From Euprymna scolopes (Eukaryota): a DNA stretch of 53,562 nucleotides. The position numbers and the translations under genes are program-made. The stretch lies in assembly GCA_053919585.1 (NCBI GenBank), contig CM132792.1; one strand, 5' to 3'. Shown here piece after piece: positions 35,367 to 48,445 of the stretch (position 1 is the stretch's first letter; every line of letters begins with the position of its first letter). The notes below the pieces were generated by a model, which saw only the letters and a list, made by a program, of their open reading frames with translations, was not told the DNA's origin and made no database searches.

Positions 35367-37734
35367 CATCAGACCTCTACACGCAGGCGATTTAGCTAAT
35401 ATCGATCGCACAACAGCTTGTGGCCCACTTACTAGCAAGAAATATGTACATTTTTTTTTTAATTATAAGCAAAAAATCGACTAATGTTAGTGCATGAGCT
35501 GCTTACTAGAAAATGTATATATTGGTTCGGTTGTGGATCGGGGTACCAAATGGCTTGTCTTTTAATCGTAGGCGTGTTCCCCCTATCAACTATTGTTCTG
35601 CTCTTAGAGAGAAATCTTCTCTGAAACGGCGTGGTTTTATAAAATAATTATTTTTGCTTCCTACTTTAGATCCATTGTTCTCTTTGCTTTTCATAAAGTT
35701 TATTTTCTCTATCGCTGCAAATATTTCACACTTATCTATGCAAATCAAACTTATCATACCATATATTTGAGTTGATGAATCTGTTCAATTCGAGAACTAT
35801 TGATAAGATGCAGGTAGTCATTTCTAATTTGAATGACCCCATCCGTTTTTGTTTATAAATAGTATTAGGGCATGTGTATTACAGAATTATCTGATCTATT
35901 TCCGGTTTCGTTGGATTCGTTGGTCAATTGGTTTCTTATTCACTGCTTTGATACTTCCTAATACATTTTCCTATTCAAGTAATTTCTTTCAACAACTGCA
36001 GATTTCTAGAACTCTTTTTGCTGTTTTCCTCTTATCACTAGACTTAATGCTTTTAAGATTAAGATCAATAAGCATCTTCTGTCTTTGCGACAATTATCTA
36101 TTTTATCTTTTATATATATTTTTTTTTCGAATGCATTTCTTGTAAGTTTGCATACTGTACCATGATGTGTATGAGCGTGTGAGGAAAATATTAGCAGCGG
36201 GGAAAGATGGCTGGCTTGTGAGGAGATTAGCAGCAGTAGCCGAAAAAACGCATATGCAAATTAGAAAGTGTGCGAGTTGGCACGACAAAAAAAGGAAAAA
36301 GAACACTACGTGCTCAGGAGAAAAATTGCGCGTCGAAGAAAATGAACGAGTAAAGTCGAGGACGGGAATGGACCGACTGTGGCCAGCATGCGGTCGAAAG
36401 AAATAAATGCGACCAGGCTAGATGGACATAAGGCAGCGAGAGACTTTAAGTGGGGTCAAGACGGGAGAGTAACGATAATACAAACTTTTAGAAAAAATGC
36501 CGACCCGGATTTTTATACATTTCTTTCCAGTTTTATTTTTAGGAATTACTAAAGTAAAGTGTAACGCCGCGATACTTCCTACTTTCCACGTTTGCACTAT
36601 CAATTCACGACGTTCGTCCTCTTTCTGATGTCCTTTATCACAATAATATTGATCAGTTAGTTTTTTCTGTTAATTTGAAACGTTTTTTTTACCACTCTGA
36701 TATTTATCAATGGGAAAAACAAAGAATAAAAGGCGCAACGAAATAAAATCCAATGATGGGACTATAACGCATTACTTTCAATGTCAAATCGCCTCATTTA
36801 ATTCAATCAAGCCTTATTCAAAAGCAAACTTTTCGCTATGTAACAATAATTCATGGTTACTCGATTTCTAAAAGCGGACAAAATAATGCGGGTGAAACTA
36901 TATGCTTTATCAATGAAAGCATAGTGTACTACCTTGTAAAGGAAATAGTCAACTTAACGGAGCTAGACTTGTTTTGTTTACCTTTTCCCCGTTTTGTTGG
37001 TATTATTTCAAAGAGATTGTAAGAGTGAGGTGCTTCCTTAAGATAGAAAATATTTACAATGTACAAGTTATGTCTGGCGCGTATTATGTTCACATCTTAA
37101 AAAGCGTCCTCATTGGATACTCATTTAATATTACCAAAGCACATTTTTATAAACGACGTTGTGCGCCCGCTGAAGTTTCAATTTAAACTCCATCAGTAAA
37201 AGCACTTTCGCGTGAAAAATGTTTTTGAGATTTAGGTAACAGAAGGGTCCCAAGTTCGATCTTAGTGAATGCCGTTTGTCGCAGATTCTCCAAACACTGG
37301 AATAAAACTATCGAGGTTTCCAATTCAGCAACCTTTGGATCGTAATAAGGCTTCTTTAGACGTGCAGTTTTAGTAACGCTGAATGTCAGCCCAATCATCC
37401 TTGTACGGTTCAAGGAATTGAAATTCCCGACGGCATAGCTTTCACGTTGGCACAGTCTTGCCACGGTGAAAATTGATTGGATTAGGCCGCTGAACCATCC
37501 ATTGAATAATTGCATCTTAAGAATATCCGTTGTCATTTCAAGATTCATTCATATCTGAACAGATCATTTCTCATAATAATGAACATAGCGAACAAAAGGA
37601 CACTAAAATATACATTAACTTATTACGGATCACTCTATATTTTTCCTCAGTGTGCGCATGTTATATTTTCGCTAATTTCTGAAAACATTATTTTGATAGA
37701 TTTTTCAAATTTTAAGGAGTAGATAGGCTCTGTC

Positions 37735-38372
37735 TATCGCCCGGCTTCCATGCTCCTTCTTTGCCTATTAGTCAGGCGCAGAGACGCTGTCACAGTGATT
37801 CGACAGAAACACTCAGTGGTAGATCTTGTTTCTTGTCTAGGGCAATGAACGCCGTTTTCCTCACACCCAACACATCCCACGCTCAAAACTGGGCACTGGG
37901 AGTGCTTGAGTACCACATATGCCTGTGCAATTAGATTAGGTTGACCTTCTCTTGATGGGTTGAGGGTATCGGATTGACAGTTCCTGGCTGCTGTTTCCGA
38001 CTGGTAGTACAGGTTCCCTAACTCTTTGGTAGCGCTTAGAGCGGCTGCCCCATCAATAGTTGTATAATATCGGGATGTTTATAGTGCCATGTCGCGTATG
38101 GAAAGGGACCCTGCACTTATCCCCGGTGGGCTTTCCTGAGACCACAATCCTAGTTGATGAAAGGTCAGCTGACGGTCTACTTGTGTTGCATGTCTGATAC
38201 TCTGCATAACCTCTTGTTCAGCTCCCCCTTACCTAAACTAAAACTCTTTAAAAAACATCTTGCTGATCAAATCCCTATGTAGTACCCCAGTAGTTGTTGC
38301 CCCTGATAGTAGCCCCCTACACCAAAGTGGCAATGTGCCTTGTTTGGGATGAAAATGTAATAAAAAAAAAAA
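37735..38372 (+). mobile_element. GC-richer poly(A)-tailed retroposon (non-coding, LINE-like tail)
   Basis: Sharp composition shift. It ends AGTGGCAATGTGCCTTGTTTGGGATGAAAATGTAAT(A)n, similar to the LINE tail AGTGGCTTCCAGGCCTTG..GGTGACC..TGTAAAAAA at 42538-42581. Confidence 0.55.
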
Positions 38373-38483
38373 CCAAAAAAGTTTATAAATTTCATCGAAG
38401 TGAATCAACTATTATAGAGAATAACCCCATGTACCACGAAAAACTTATCTGTAAATAAGATTAGAAAAGCTTAGCGATTCATA

Positions 38484-38959
38484 TCTATAAAAATAAAACA
38501 GATGTATGTGTATTTGAAAATATTTAACTGATAAAATCTTAGACTACTAGTTACATAACACTGAAATTAACAGGAAATAGTAATCATACACTAAGAATGG
38601 TTTATAACGAGTGAATCTTTGTTTGAATGGATGAATAACGCAAAGAGAAATATATAGGTAAGTTGAAATGCAAAATGTTCATTTCAATTTGTCGACATTT
38701 CTTTTGCGCATGCGCAAATTCATCCATAGATTAAAGTGGTTAAATTTTGAATCCGTCAGCCATCTTTCGATGGCTCAACGGTAGGGAACGCGTCTGAGGC
38801 GCTGGTTTCGATTTTGAAATCAGTACTATATATTGGGCACAATATAATATTCAATAGAGAATTAGCTCTGTAATAATCAATACGAAATATATATGAATTA
38901 AAATATATTTAAGTGTGTTTTATGACCGGGAAAGACCGGTGCCACCCCCACTTCGTTAG
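38484..38959 (+). mobile_element. Helitron-type element (family B-related) with tRNA-like cassette
   Basis: A|TCTATAAAAATAAAAC 5' end. TGGCTCAACGGTAG (38771) and GGTTTCGATT (38804). 3' end ATATTTAAGTGTGTTTTATGACCGGGAAAGACCGGT..TTAG|T resembles 24625-24663. Confidence 0.6.
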
Positions 38960-39586
38960 TTTAAAATAAAATACAAAAATATCAATATTTCTCTAAGTAT
39001 ATATTCAATAGAATTGAGTATAATATGATGTTCGTATCTCTTGTAACTCGATATTCGGTTTAGAATATGATACAAAGTCCGGTTTAAAGTAGATTTTCTT
39101 TTGTTTAGATCCGTTTTTTGATCAATATCTCAGAGATTGATAGTTTTTCTTACGCATACAAATCGTAGATGATTGTTAAATGCATTGATTCAACAGGCAT
39201 TAATGTTTGAAAACATTAATGCACAATGTAAAATTCAATAGGTATATGATATACAATGAGTTAATACATATATAGAAAACAAATGTTACTGAAGCTAATA
39301 TTGATTAAGAAAAAATGCATGTTAAAATATACATTAGTTTTGGAATTGAATTATATTCGAACAATTGTTTAACGGTTCTAATTTACCGTGATTTACTAAA
39401 CAAATATTCCATTTTTTTGCTTAAGACCTGTGTATTTCTCTTGTTTTCATCTCATTGATAATTCTATCATTTTTAACATCTCTGAGCATTTAGAGAAAAA
39501 AAATTTCTGCTTCAGCAAATTTGTTGTGGACCTTTACATGCAAAACATGTATGTAAATTCGATAGTACATTTGATTTATTATATAC

Positions 39587-39629
39587 ATCTATATCTATCT
39601 ATCTATCTATATATATATATATATATATA
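39587..39629. repeat. (TCTA)n(TA)n microsatellite
   Basis: Directly visible. Confidence 0.9.
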
Positions 39630-39824
39630 ACGACGATAATGTGCATAATATATACGTGAATAACTAAGTATTCACTTCTATAGTATCCATATTATTTCTA
39701 ATGAAATTACCTCCGTCTAGAAAGACTAGTATTTCACTGATTGATGATAGAAAAGACAAAAAGCAGCATTAGAAAAAATGCCACGCTTGCGTTAAGCAAA
39801 ACCTAATGAAATTAGGTGATGACA

Positions 39825-40240
39825 TTTTCTCCTCCTTGCAACCTCTTCCTCACAGAAGAGATGTTGGGAGACTATATCTGCCATATCGTTATGCTTTAAT
39901 CTATGGTCCCATCCTATAAAACATGCACAATGAGCACTCTGCTAACGATCATTTTCAACAATTTCCCCTATTTTTATCTTTGCTAAAAACTAAACGCAAA
40001 TTTCATGAACGAAGTCTTTCGTAGAACCGCTCGCATTTAGAACTCTATATCGCTAGGCTGCTTCCCAGCTGACTAAAACATAATAGCTTTCAAGTCCAAT
40101 GTGAGCAAGTTAAGCCGTTTTTTATTGGATCAAATTCTAATTTCAATTACTATCAATTGTCTTGCCGTCCACCTGATACTCATTATCCTCTAGTTGCCTT
40201 TGGGCCTTGATAACTAGTTACTTCTTTGTAAAAAAAAAAA
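39825..40240 (+). mobile_element. CR1/Jockey-group LINE 3' end (old) with poly(A)
   Basis: TGCAACCTCTTCCTCACAGAAGAGATGTTG, TCATGAACGAAG, TGCTTCCCAGCTGACT, TTCAAGTCCAA, GGCCTTGATAA and TTGTAAAAAAAA all align to 42150-42581. Confidence 0.85.
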
Positions 40241-40299
40241 CTCTCTCAAAAGTAAATTATCAACAGCAAAGTTGATACATTCTTGGTCTTTAAAATGCA

Positions 40300-41060
40300 A
40301 CGATTGTATCTCCATTGTCTCTTCTCTTCAATTGTATTTCACCTCATAATAAACTCTTATCTTTGTCTCTTTGTAAATCCCGACGGAGCGTGCAAAACGC
40401 ATGGCTAATCATAACTCCTTGTGTTGTTCCTCTTGTCCATTGACAAGATTTCATTGCGAGTTTGTTTTTTCTGTTGACGCCTACATGATCAGAACTTGAC
40501 CGATTTCCTTTCATCGTCTCAGTGTTATACTTTATTGAAGAAGACAAAACCATGTAATGTTCTCAGCACTTGGCCTAAATTCCGCATATTATTATTTCCT
40601 GATAAAAAAAACTGTCACTTAATATTCTGCCATATTTCCGCCTACCTATGGCGAATATAAGTTAAACTTTCTACCAATAAAAATTAGCTTTCTACATGCA
40701 CTGGTGTCCCGATTTATTTTCCTCTCAACGAGGACAGTTAGAGAAAATGTCGGTTTTAATTTGTGACAGCTCTCTAACGATGCTCTGGATTGAGATGAAA
40801 CTTTTAAAAAATTGCCTCAGTCTAGAAAGTTTTTTTTCTCTAATTGATGAAGACAAGAATGTCAGAACGTGACATGTTTTTAAGATTGACTTATCTGTTT
40901 CTTGCTTCCTTTTTGTCAGCTCGTTTGACTTGTTGGTCTAATGGTCTTCATTAATCTGCCATTTTTATGCCTCCTTGTAATAAAGCTTCCTAATCTAGTA
41001 ACTTTATTCTAAGAAATATTTTATGGAACTCTCTTCCTGCTTACTGTATCCTTTCGTACC
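40300..41060 (-). pseudogene. Heavily decayed RTE-like RT fragment
   Basis: Minus-strand remnants in the expected order: GGIK(fs)GRLMKTIR (motif before FADD), MVLSS..YNTET (YGxETW) and GVNRKNK(fs)RNEI. Confidence 0.4.
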
Positions 41061-41465
41061 TATTTTCTTTATTTTAAGACTAAAATCAATATGCATCTCC
41101 TATATTTGCGATAATCATTTCGTTCTTATAAACTCCTTAAATTAAGTGACGTCATGCCTTGTCTGTAACAATTCTCATACACAGTAAAGCATCAAACTGA
41201 ACTGGAAATAGGGTGATAATTCTTTGAATTGCAACCCGATATATTGCCCTACATCATGCACACCATTTATTGTATCAAGTTTTATTCTAGTCTTTGTTGC
41301 CTTGAATTAATCGTAATTGCTTAACCAACATACAAGATGCGGGAGTGTTATATTTACTTATACGTTTTTCGACATCATTTCAATCATAACTGAAACAAAT
41401 ATTCAGATACAAACTTTTCATTTGCCAGCTTCTATAATAGAATAAACAAATCAGATACTTAAATA

Positions 41466-41820
41466 TAAGGGGCTTTCCAAAAGTAATGCCTCCTGTTTTT
41501 GTTGCATCCGAATAGATGGGAAATGATTGCAAATTGCATTGTTATAACTAAACTTATGTATTAATGACCTAAAATTTAATCTCTGTTGCAGATATTGATG
41601 GTGTGCGACTAAGAAAGCAACTCATGTCATGGACGTGGAGCAGAAGCAGAGATGCTACGTCACTGACTTCCTGGCAAAGGTGCATTGAGAATGGTCGTTA
41701 TTGTGTGAAAAAATAAATTCTGGAACACAAAAATGTCGCTCGTTTTAATTGTACCACTCCTGTCTTCATAACTGTAGCCTTTTGAAAAAAAAATAGACTT
41801 CACTTTTGGAACGACCCTAT
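41466..41820 (+). mobile_element. Internally deleted mariner (non-autonomous), copy 2
   Basis: TIRs AGGGGCTTTCCAAAAGTAATGCCTCCT / CACTTTTGGAACGACCCT. The N-terminal MDVEQKQRC.. is fused to the C-terminal WQRCIENG... Confidence 0.85.
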
Positions 41821-41984
41821 TTCATCAGCTGGACCTAAAGTGTCCTTGCAACTCCATTTCTTTATAATTATTTCTGAATTCATTCTATTAAACCAAACTG
41901 AAGCTATGAAAAGTGGTACATTTTAATTTATCGTAACAATTTAAATCTTTAAAATAGTCCTTTATTATTGCCGGCTAAATATTC

Positions 41985-42581
41985 AGATTTCTTAAATTTT
42001 GATGCAGTTCTCTATCTATATAAAAGCCAAGTACGTCCAAGGATGGAATACTGCTGCCACATCTGGGCAGGAGCTGCTAAAAACAGCCTATCCTGCCTTG
42101 ACAGAGTACAAAATAGACTTCGTGGCTTCGTGGGGGATTCCCTTTTCTCTACCCTGCAACCTCTCGCCCACAGAGGAGACGTTGCGAGCCTATCTTTGTT
42201 TTATCGTTATTTCCATGGCAGGTGCTCGTCTGAGCTCCAATCTCTGGTCCCCCCTCGCCAATCTTTTACGAAAAACACCCGTCTAGCTGAAACCATTGTC
42301 AGAAATTTTCCCCACTCTTTATCTGTGCCTAAATCAAAACGTAGATTCCATGAACAAAGCTTCTTTCTTAGAACTGCACGCCTGTGGAACTGTCCGTCTG
42401 CCTGCTTCCCACCTGACTACAACCTGGATGTCTTCAAGTCCAACGTAAACAAATTCCTGATGAACCGTCCCCTTAAGTAGACACTTTTATTAAATCTCCA
42501 CACTAACGTACTGTACATGCAATAACCCTTATCCCTGAGTGGCTTCCAGGCCTTGATAAGTGGTGACCACCTTGTAAAAAA
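41985..42581 (+). mobile_element. CR1/Jockey-group LINE, 5'-truncated, youngest copy
   Basis: Open frame LYLYKSQVRPRMEYCCHIWAGA..HRGDVASLSLFYRYFHGRCSSEL..SFFLRTARLWN..FKSNVNK to the stop at 42480, then ~100-nt 3' UTR and an A tail. Confidence 0.95.
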
Positions 42582-44809
42582 TCGATTCTGCAGCAACTGG
42601 TTTGCAAATATCTAAACTTGTGACGGCGACACAAGATAATCAGTTTTGTATTGAACTTTTACTCGGACGATCTAAATTGTTTATTTACATAAAAACTAGT
42701 GACGTAAAATGCAGGCACACTCCTATCTTTATATATAATGAAATATACACGATTATCCCCCTTAATGAAAAGACTCTATAAAAAAAAAAAACACTGGAGC
42801 CACACAGTAATGCAAAATGGCCACGCAAACGAATGATCATTTTGTTAAAGAAAGCCTAAAAATCTACTTGATAGTCGCAGAACATTAAAATTTCGCTAAA
42901 CAATAAGGCATTATCCATTCACTTATAACGGCAACGTAGAGTTCAAATCGAATACAACGCAATTGAACATTCTGCTGGGTTCCAAGACTGCCTAATCAAA
43001 TCTATCGAATCTGTCCTATGAAAACCGACTCAAAAGGCTTAACCTTTTTTCCACGGACCTTTGATGATTAAGCGGTGATCTGATTATGGCTTTCAGCACG
43101 GTCTTGCTTTCAGTCCCCTGAATGGGCATTTGAATATACTTCAGAACCTTTTATTCACGCCTGCACCTACAAGAGAATCACGCGGATACTGCATGAAACT
43201 TTTTCTCCATTGGTTTTAAGTGAACCGAAGGGGGCGGGGCTGCTTTCTCAATCAGAATCTCTGGTCCATGAAATAAACTTCCAAGTGAAGTAATAAAACC
43301 ATCAATAATGCAAAATTTCAGTTAAATTGAGACCACTGTAAATTTACATTACATGACATTAAATCACAATTGTTTTATTTTTTTGCCAAATGAATTGTAT
43401 ATAATGTTGAATAAGAAAAACGTATAGTGTGTTTTCTATCTGAACGCATAAGCTTTCTTAGTGAGTGGTTTATCTATCGTTTTTAACTTGGCTGTTTGAA
43501 TCGACTCGACTTTTCGGGATGACGTGATTTCCCGTTGGCATTGTTAACAATCAATTGTGTTAATAGCTATCGAATATCAAACTTATAATAGCAGTAAATC
43601 AATATTGCCATGACTGCAAGTGATGAACAAAAGCAATGCAACCAGAATAGAAAAAGTATCTTACAATGTTAGAATAGAACGGTTACTGCGTGACGTAGGT
43701 TATGAGCTTAAGATTTTATTCATACAAATACTTTTGACTACACATTTGCAGACAGGGTTAGTTTTGAGAATCAACTGAACTTCTTCAGACTAAGTTCTTA
43801 GCATGAACGTAGCAAAATACGCAAGTTTTGAACATGAATTCGCCGTAATTATGTGGGGAGCGCAGACATGTGGAAAAAATTGATCCATTTTCATTCGGTA
43901 AAAAGGGTTTCTAAGGGGGTAGCAGTTGAAAAATTGGTACGGGGGATAATCGGATGTATGTTTGTTTGTCAATTGTTTCACGGATGTGCATGCGTAAATC
44001 GTTCTCATGGCAGGTTACTTATGATAAAAATAAGTAGGTTTGCAAACACCTTTTTAAAGACCGTGGTAAGCGGGCCTAATTGTTATCGTACTTGACTCGC
44101 TTTCGGTTTTGGTTTTTATCTTGGCTCGAGTATTTTTTTTTTAGTTACAATAAGTAAACTATTTAGAAAAAAATTAATACTCTCATGTATATGTCTCGGT
44201 TTCTTTCGTTACGTTTTAATACCTACGGTATTTCTGTTTTAAATAAATAAGAATTCAACATTAATTAAAATATTTACGAGTATTTCACAACTGTGTGTGT
44301 GTGTGTGTGTGTTATATGCATATATTCTGCAATATTGTTTATCACGAAAAATTTAAGTATGTTCTGTCAACAATCTAGATTTTCATCTAGTCTAAAAAGC
44401 TTCCTATAAAATCACAAAGTAATGATATGTTAAATTCTTAATTGCATGTGTGTACGTGTGTATATTTCACTGTTCACTAAGACACATTTGACGGTCGGAG
44501 GTTAAATCGGCGAAAAGGTTGTAAGAATAATAGTAAAGATGAGAACATTTGGTCGAATAAGCATCTAAGCTTCGTGGCATCTGCGTGGGTAACTACAGCA
44601 GATTTTTTGTATTGTAATTTTAGAGTAAGGAGTGTTAGAAAATTATCACTATTGTTCATATTTTTGATATACCGGATATTATTCTCATGCACTTTCCACT
44701 TCCGTTTTTTTTTTTTATTATTATTTATTAGTATAGGTTAATAATTACCTTCGATAAGGTAGTTTCGAATAACCTGTTCTATGTATACTAAAAATTATAG
44801 TTAATCTAA

Positions 44810-45305
44810 TTTTTTAACTCGAAAGCTAAAACGATCAAGAGCTATGAAGAAGGGAGTGGTACCATTAAAACGAGCTACCTTTTGTGCTCTAGAATTTATT
44901 TTTTTTTACATCGTCATCACCATTCTCAATGCACTTCTGCCAGTCTCACTCGTAAAAGTCCGGAGCGCCTTTTGCCATTCGCATCTGTTTTCGCCACTCG
45001 AATGAACCCATCTCTTAACTGTGCTGACATCAACTGCTCTGTAAGCATTCAGCAGGCGCCGATGAATGTTTGTCAGTACAATTTTTTCTGCATGGAAGAA
45101 TTCAATGATGCATATTTGCTTTTGACGCAGGTTCATGGCAGTAGTTATTTTCTGAGTCTCACACCGTCAATATCTGCCACAAATGAAACTTTGAGGTCAT
45201 GAATGCATAAGTTCAGTCATTATATCAATGTAATTTGCGATCCCCCCCCCCGATCCATTCTGACAGAATAAAAAATAGGAGGCATTATTTTGGGGGCATA
45301 CCTCT
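44810..45305 (-). mobile_element. Internally deleted mariner, copy 3 (retains HTH coding region)
   Basis: ORF 44906-45136 MNLRQKQICIIEFFHAEK..IHRRLLNAY..VDVSTVKRWV is a mariner N-terminal HTH. TIR AATAATGCCTCCTATTTT. It is fused to the WQKCIENG end. Confidence 0.9.
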
Positions 45306-46383
45306 TAGATAATCAGTATTTTCATCGATGATTTTTCGATGTCGTTCATTTTTTGTGTTCATACCGTTTTCGAAATACTAACGAACGGAAAAGTTTTGAC
45401 CCGATTTGAATTCCTTTTGCTAATGTCAATCCTTAACGTTACAAGTATGCGATTCACGTCATCCAAACATGGAGTGATTTTTATCTACTAAAAATGTCTT
45501 ATTCATTAAAACATGAACATGGCAGTTTGTTCTCCTTTCGAAGTTAACAAAAACTCTTTAAATAAATGAGGTTACAATGAGAATTGAATTTCTTAAAAAA
45601 AAAAAAAAAGTATGGCTCGAGTGTCGAATATTCAGTGAGGCCAAATGCCTGGTATTTCCCACCTAGTTAACGATATTTCTAAAAAGAGTGAAGTCATGCA
45701 ACCTGCAACTTTTATAGCTGAGTGTGACTTAACCTAAGAACCTTATTTTTTAATGGAAATCGCTCCAGACAAGACATGAAGCCACTTAATATAAGGATCT
45801 TAAAATAATACTATTTCAAGGTCAAAAACATGCCAACGATAACTGTTGGAATAGATTGACTAAAAAAACAGCAATTCTTCCCCCTTTATCAGAAGCATCG
45901 TTCCTGGAGTATGAGGAAAGAAGGAAGCAAGTTACGCGGCTGCCAAAAGTAAATCAAAGATCCATTTAATACTTTCGTAGTTTCCGGATACCCTTAGGCA
46001 AGGTGTTCGTGCTTTACACATCCCACGAATTTGAAATTATGGTTTCTTAGACTATTCTCCTGATTCGATTATTTTTCAACGCTATCTTCCGGAATTTACT
46101 TTTCTAATTACCTCGCTGCCCTCTTTTTTTGCTGTCTCTTATGAAATAAAACATTCGATTATGAGACCCCAGTTTGGAGGAGTGCGATTTCAACACTTGG
46201 TTGCTTCTCTTTCTATGTTCAATGTGTAGTAGTACCTTTCAAGCTTTCATTTATGCATTATATAGATGCATTATATATAGAATCTTTTGTTCACAAAAAG
46301 ACCCTAAAAACAATCACAGGCAAAACATTTACAGCATGAATACAGATGTGAAGAATTTGAAACAAATGATCCATATGATTACA

Positions 46384-46761
46384 TCTATTATATAAATTTC
46401 ACTTGTCTGTTTGTATGCATTTATTTATGTTCGTATGTCTCACGAAAAACTTTTGACAGAGGTGACGAATTTTCACAAGATTGGTATCGCTTTGAAGCTC
46501 AACTCTTCGGACGACAAATATCGAACAATTGGCTAAAAACATTGTTTCCGTCACCCTCAACTGAGCACTTTTCTACAGGGATGGGTCGCTTATTTTTTTT
46601 TTTTTTTCTTTCGCCGATATTTTCGAAAGTCATCCTCTTTTTTTCGATTTACTAGCCTTAATTTAAACCTCCGCCACTTTCTCTTTGGCGATGGACGCAA
46701 CGGAACAGACATCACATTTTTTTCTTCACGTTCTTTTCCTCTTTCGCGGCACCCAGGCTAG
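46384..46761 (+). mobile_element. Non-autonomous Helitron-type element (family A, short copy)
   Basis: A|TCTATTATATAAAT start and CCCAGGCTAG|T end. Collinear with 46931-47290. Confidence 0.85.
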
Positions 46762-46930
46762 TTAAATATAAAATTAGAAAAGAATTATTGAATATTCGAT
46801 CTCGTAATTAAAACTGGGGTGATAGGCTTCGAAAATGACCTCTGCAGATTCCTCTTCAAATCTCTTGTTTACTTTTTTGTAAAGTATTTCAAATAAATTA
46901 AACATTTGATTGATTTTTAATCTATTTTTA

Positions 46931-47313
46931 TCTACAATATAAATCTCGCCTGTCTGTTTAAATTTAAGTGTGTATGTTTTTGTCTCGCAAAAACTTTAGA
47001 CAGAGGCGACGAATTTTATTAAGATCGGATCGTTTTGAAGCTCGACCCTTCGGACGACAAATATCAAAAAATAGACCAAAAATATTAATTCTTTCACCCT
47101 CAACTGGGCACTTTTCTACAGGGAGAGGGCGCGTTTTCTTTTTTTTTTTTTTTTTTTTTTCGCGGATAATTTCGAAATTAAACGCCTCTTTTCGATTGTC
47201 TAGCCTTCATTTAAACCCACTTCACGTCCGGTTTGGCGATGGGCGCAATAGCTAACGCGTCACTTTTTTTTCACTTTCTTTTCCTCCTTCCAGGCACGGG
47301 TTTGAGCCTGCCT

Positions 47314-47358
<45 letters not shown>

Positions 47359-47565
47359 TTTTGCTCAACAAACACCCTTTACACACACGCACGCACACAC
47401 TTTCTTTTCCGCTTTTGCGTCACAGGTGTGAGCCTGCCTGCCTACTACAACTTTTTATTTATTTATTTATTATTATTTATTTATTTTTATTTATTTTTAT
47501 TTTTTAAATTGTTTTGCTCAGCACATACCTCCAATCACTTGGGCAATGCCGAACACTCAGGCTAG
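46931..47565 (+). mobile_element. Non-autonomous Helitron-type element (family A, long copy)
   Basis: A|TCTACAATATAAAT start and TTGGGCAATGCCGAA..CAGGCTAG|T end. Contains internal (TA)n, (CA)n and (TTTA)n microsatellites. Confidence 0.85.
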
Positions 47566-47681
47566 TTAGATATAAAGCATGATATTAATCCCATAAAAAA
47601 TAGGAGCCTCTTAGAGCCAATTTTAATCATTTGTGAGGGGATTTGGGAAGCCTATTAGATAATATATATATAATACTCACA

Positions 47682-48010
47682 CTAGCAGGCCTCCCGGCAT
47701 TGCCTGATCCTAAACTACGCTTAAATATGATATTTTGATTAATGCAAATTTTGTATTTATTATTTAACATTGATTTAAAGTTTTAAAAAAATGACTCGTA
47801 CGCCACCACCGAGAATCAAAATCCAAACGTTTAGCTTACGATTTACTTTTTCGTTTGACGTTAATGCCTGAACTACGAAGACATATTTGCAAGGCTAAAA
47901 ATTAAAACATGGACCAATAGCTATTACATTAAGCATGCATATTTGTAATGCCATCAACTTGCATTCACTGGGCAAATTCCATTTCTTAAATTTTCACTTT
48001 TGCACCGATT
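47682..48010 (-). mobile_element. Helitron-type element (family B), 3' part
   Basis: The minus strand ends ATCAGGCAATGCCGGGAGGCCTGCTAG|T. It is the reverse complement of 24310-24660. Confidence 0.8.
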
Positions 48011-48439
48011 TTCCCCGGCTAAAACCCAAATATAAAGTTTCGCATGGGTTCGAATACCCCTGCGTCACTGATACTTGCGGACAGTTCTCGTACACATTTT
48101 AGGAGACTTAAACCTATTTTATTTGTAGTTGTAAATAGCATTTTAATAATTATGAATTACTACTAAATTCGGGTGAGCTTGCATGATGGTTAATGAATAT
48201 AGATCATGATTCAAATCTGAAATATTTTCATTCTAAATGTTCTGTTATGCACATATTTTGCCTCTAAAACCTTTTTAAAATATTATAAACGTAACTTAAA
48301 TTTTGAATATTTATTCATTGATGTCGAATCTATGGTAGTTCTTGTCAAGCTTTCATTTCAAACATCTGTGGTATCTGAAACTTCTACGGAGTGTTTACAC
48401 TCCCGATTCTGTCTCTTTGAATAAATTAAATTAAACTAA

Positions 48440-48445
<6 letters not shown>

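Noticed and set aside
41968-42480. 170-aa ORF as a host gene
   Set aside because: It is the C-terminal part of a LINE ORF2 with several decayed paralogues in the window, and the start is a non-ATG artefact.
43040-43260. CCAAT/GC-box promoter with a short minus-strand coding exon (MPIQGTESK..)
   Set aside because: Short motifs are expected by chance, the donor site is weak, and the peptide is unrecognisable.
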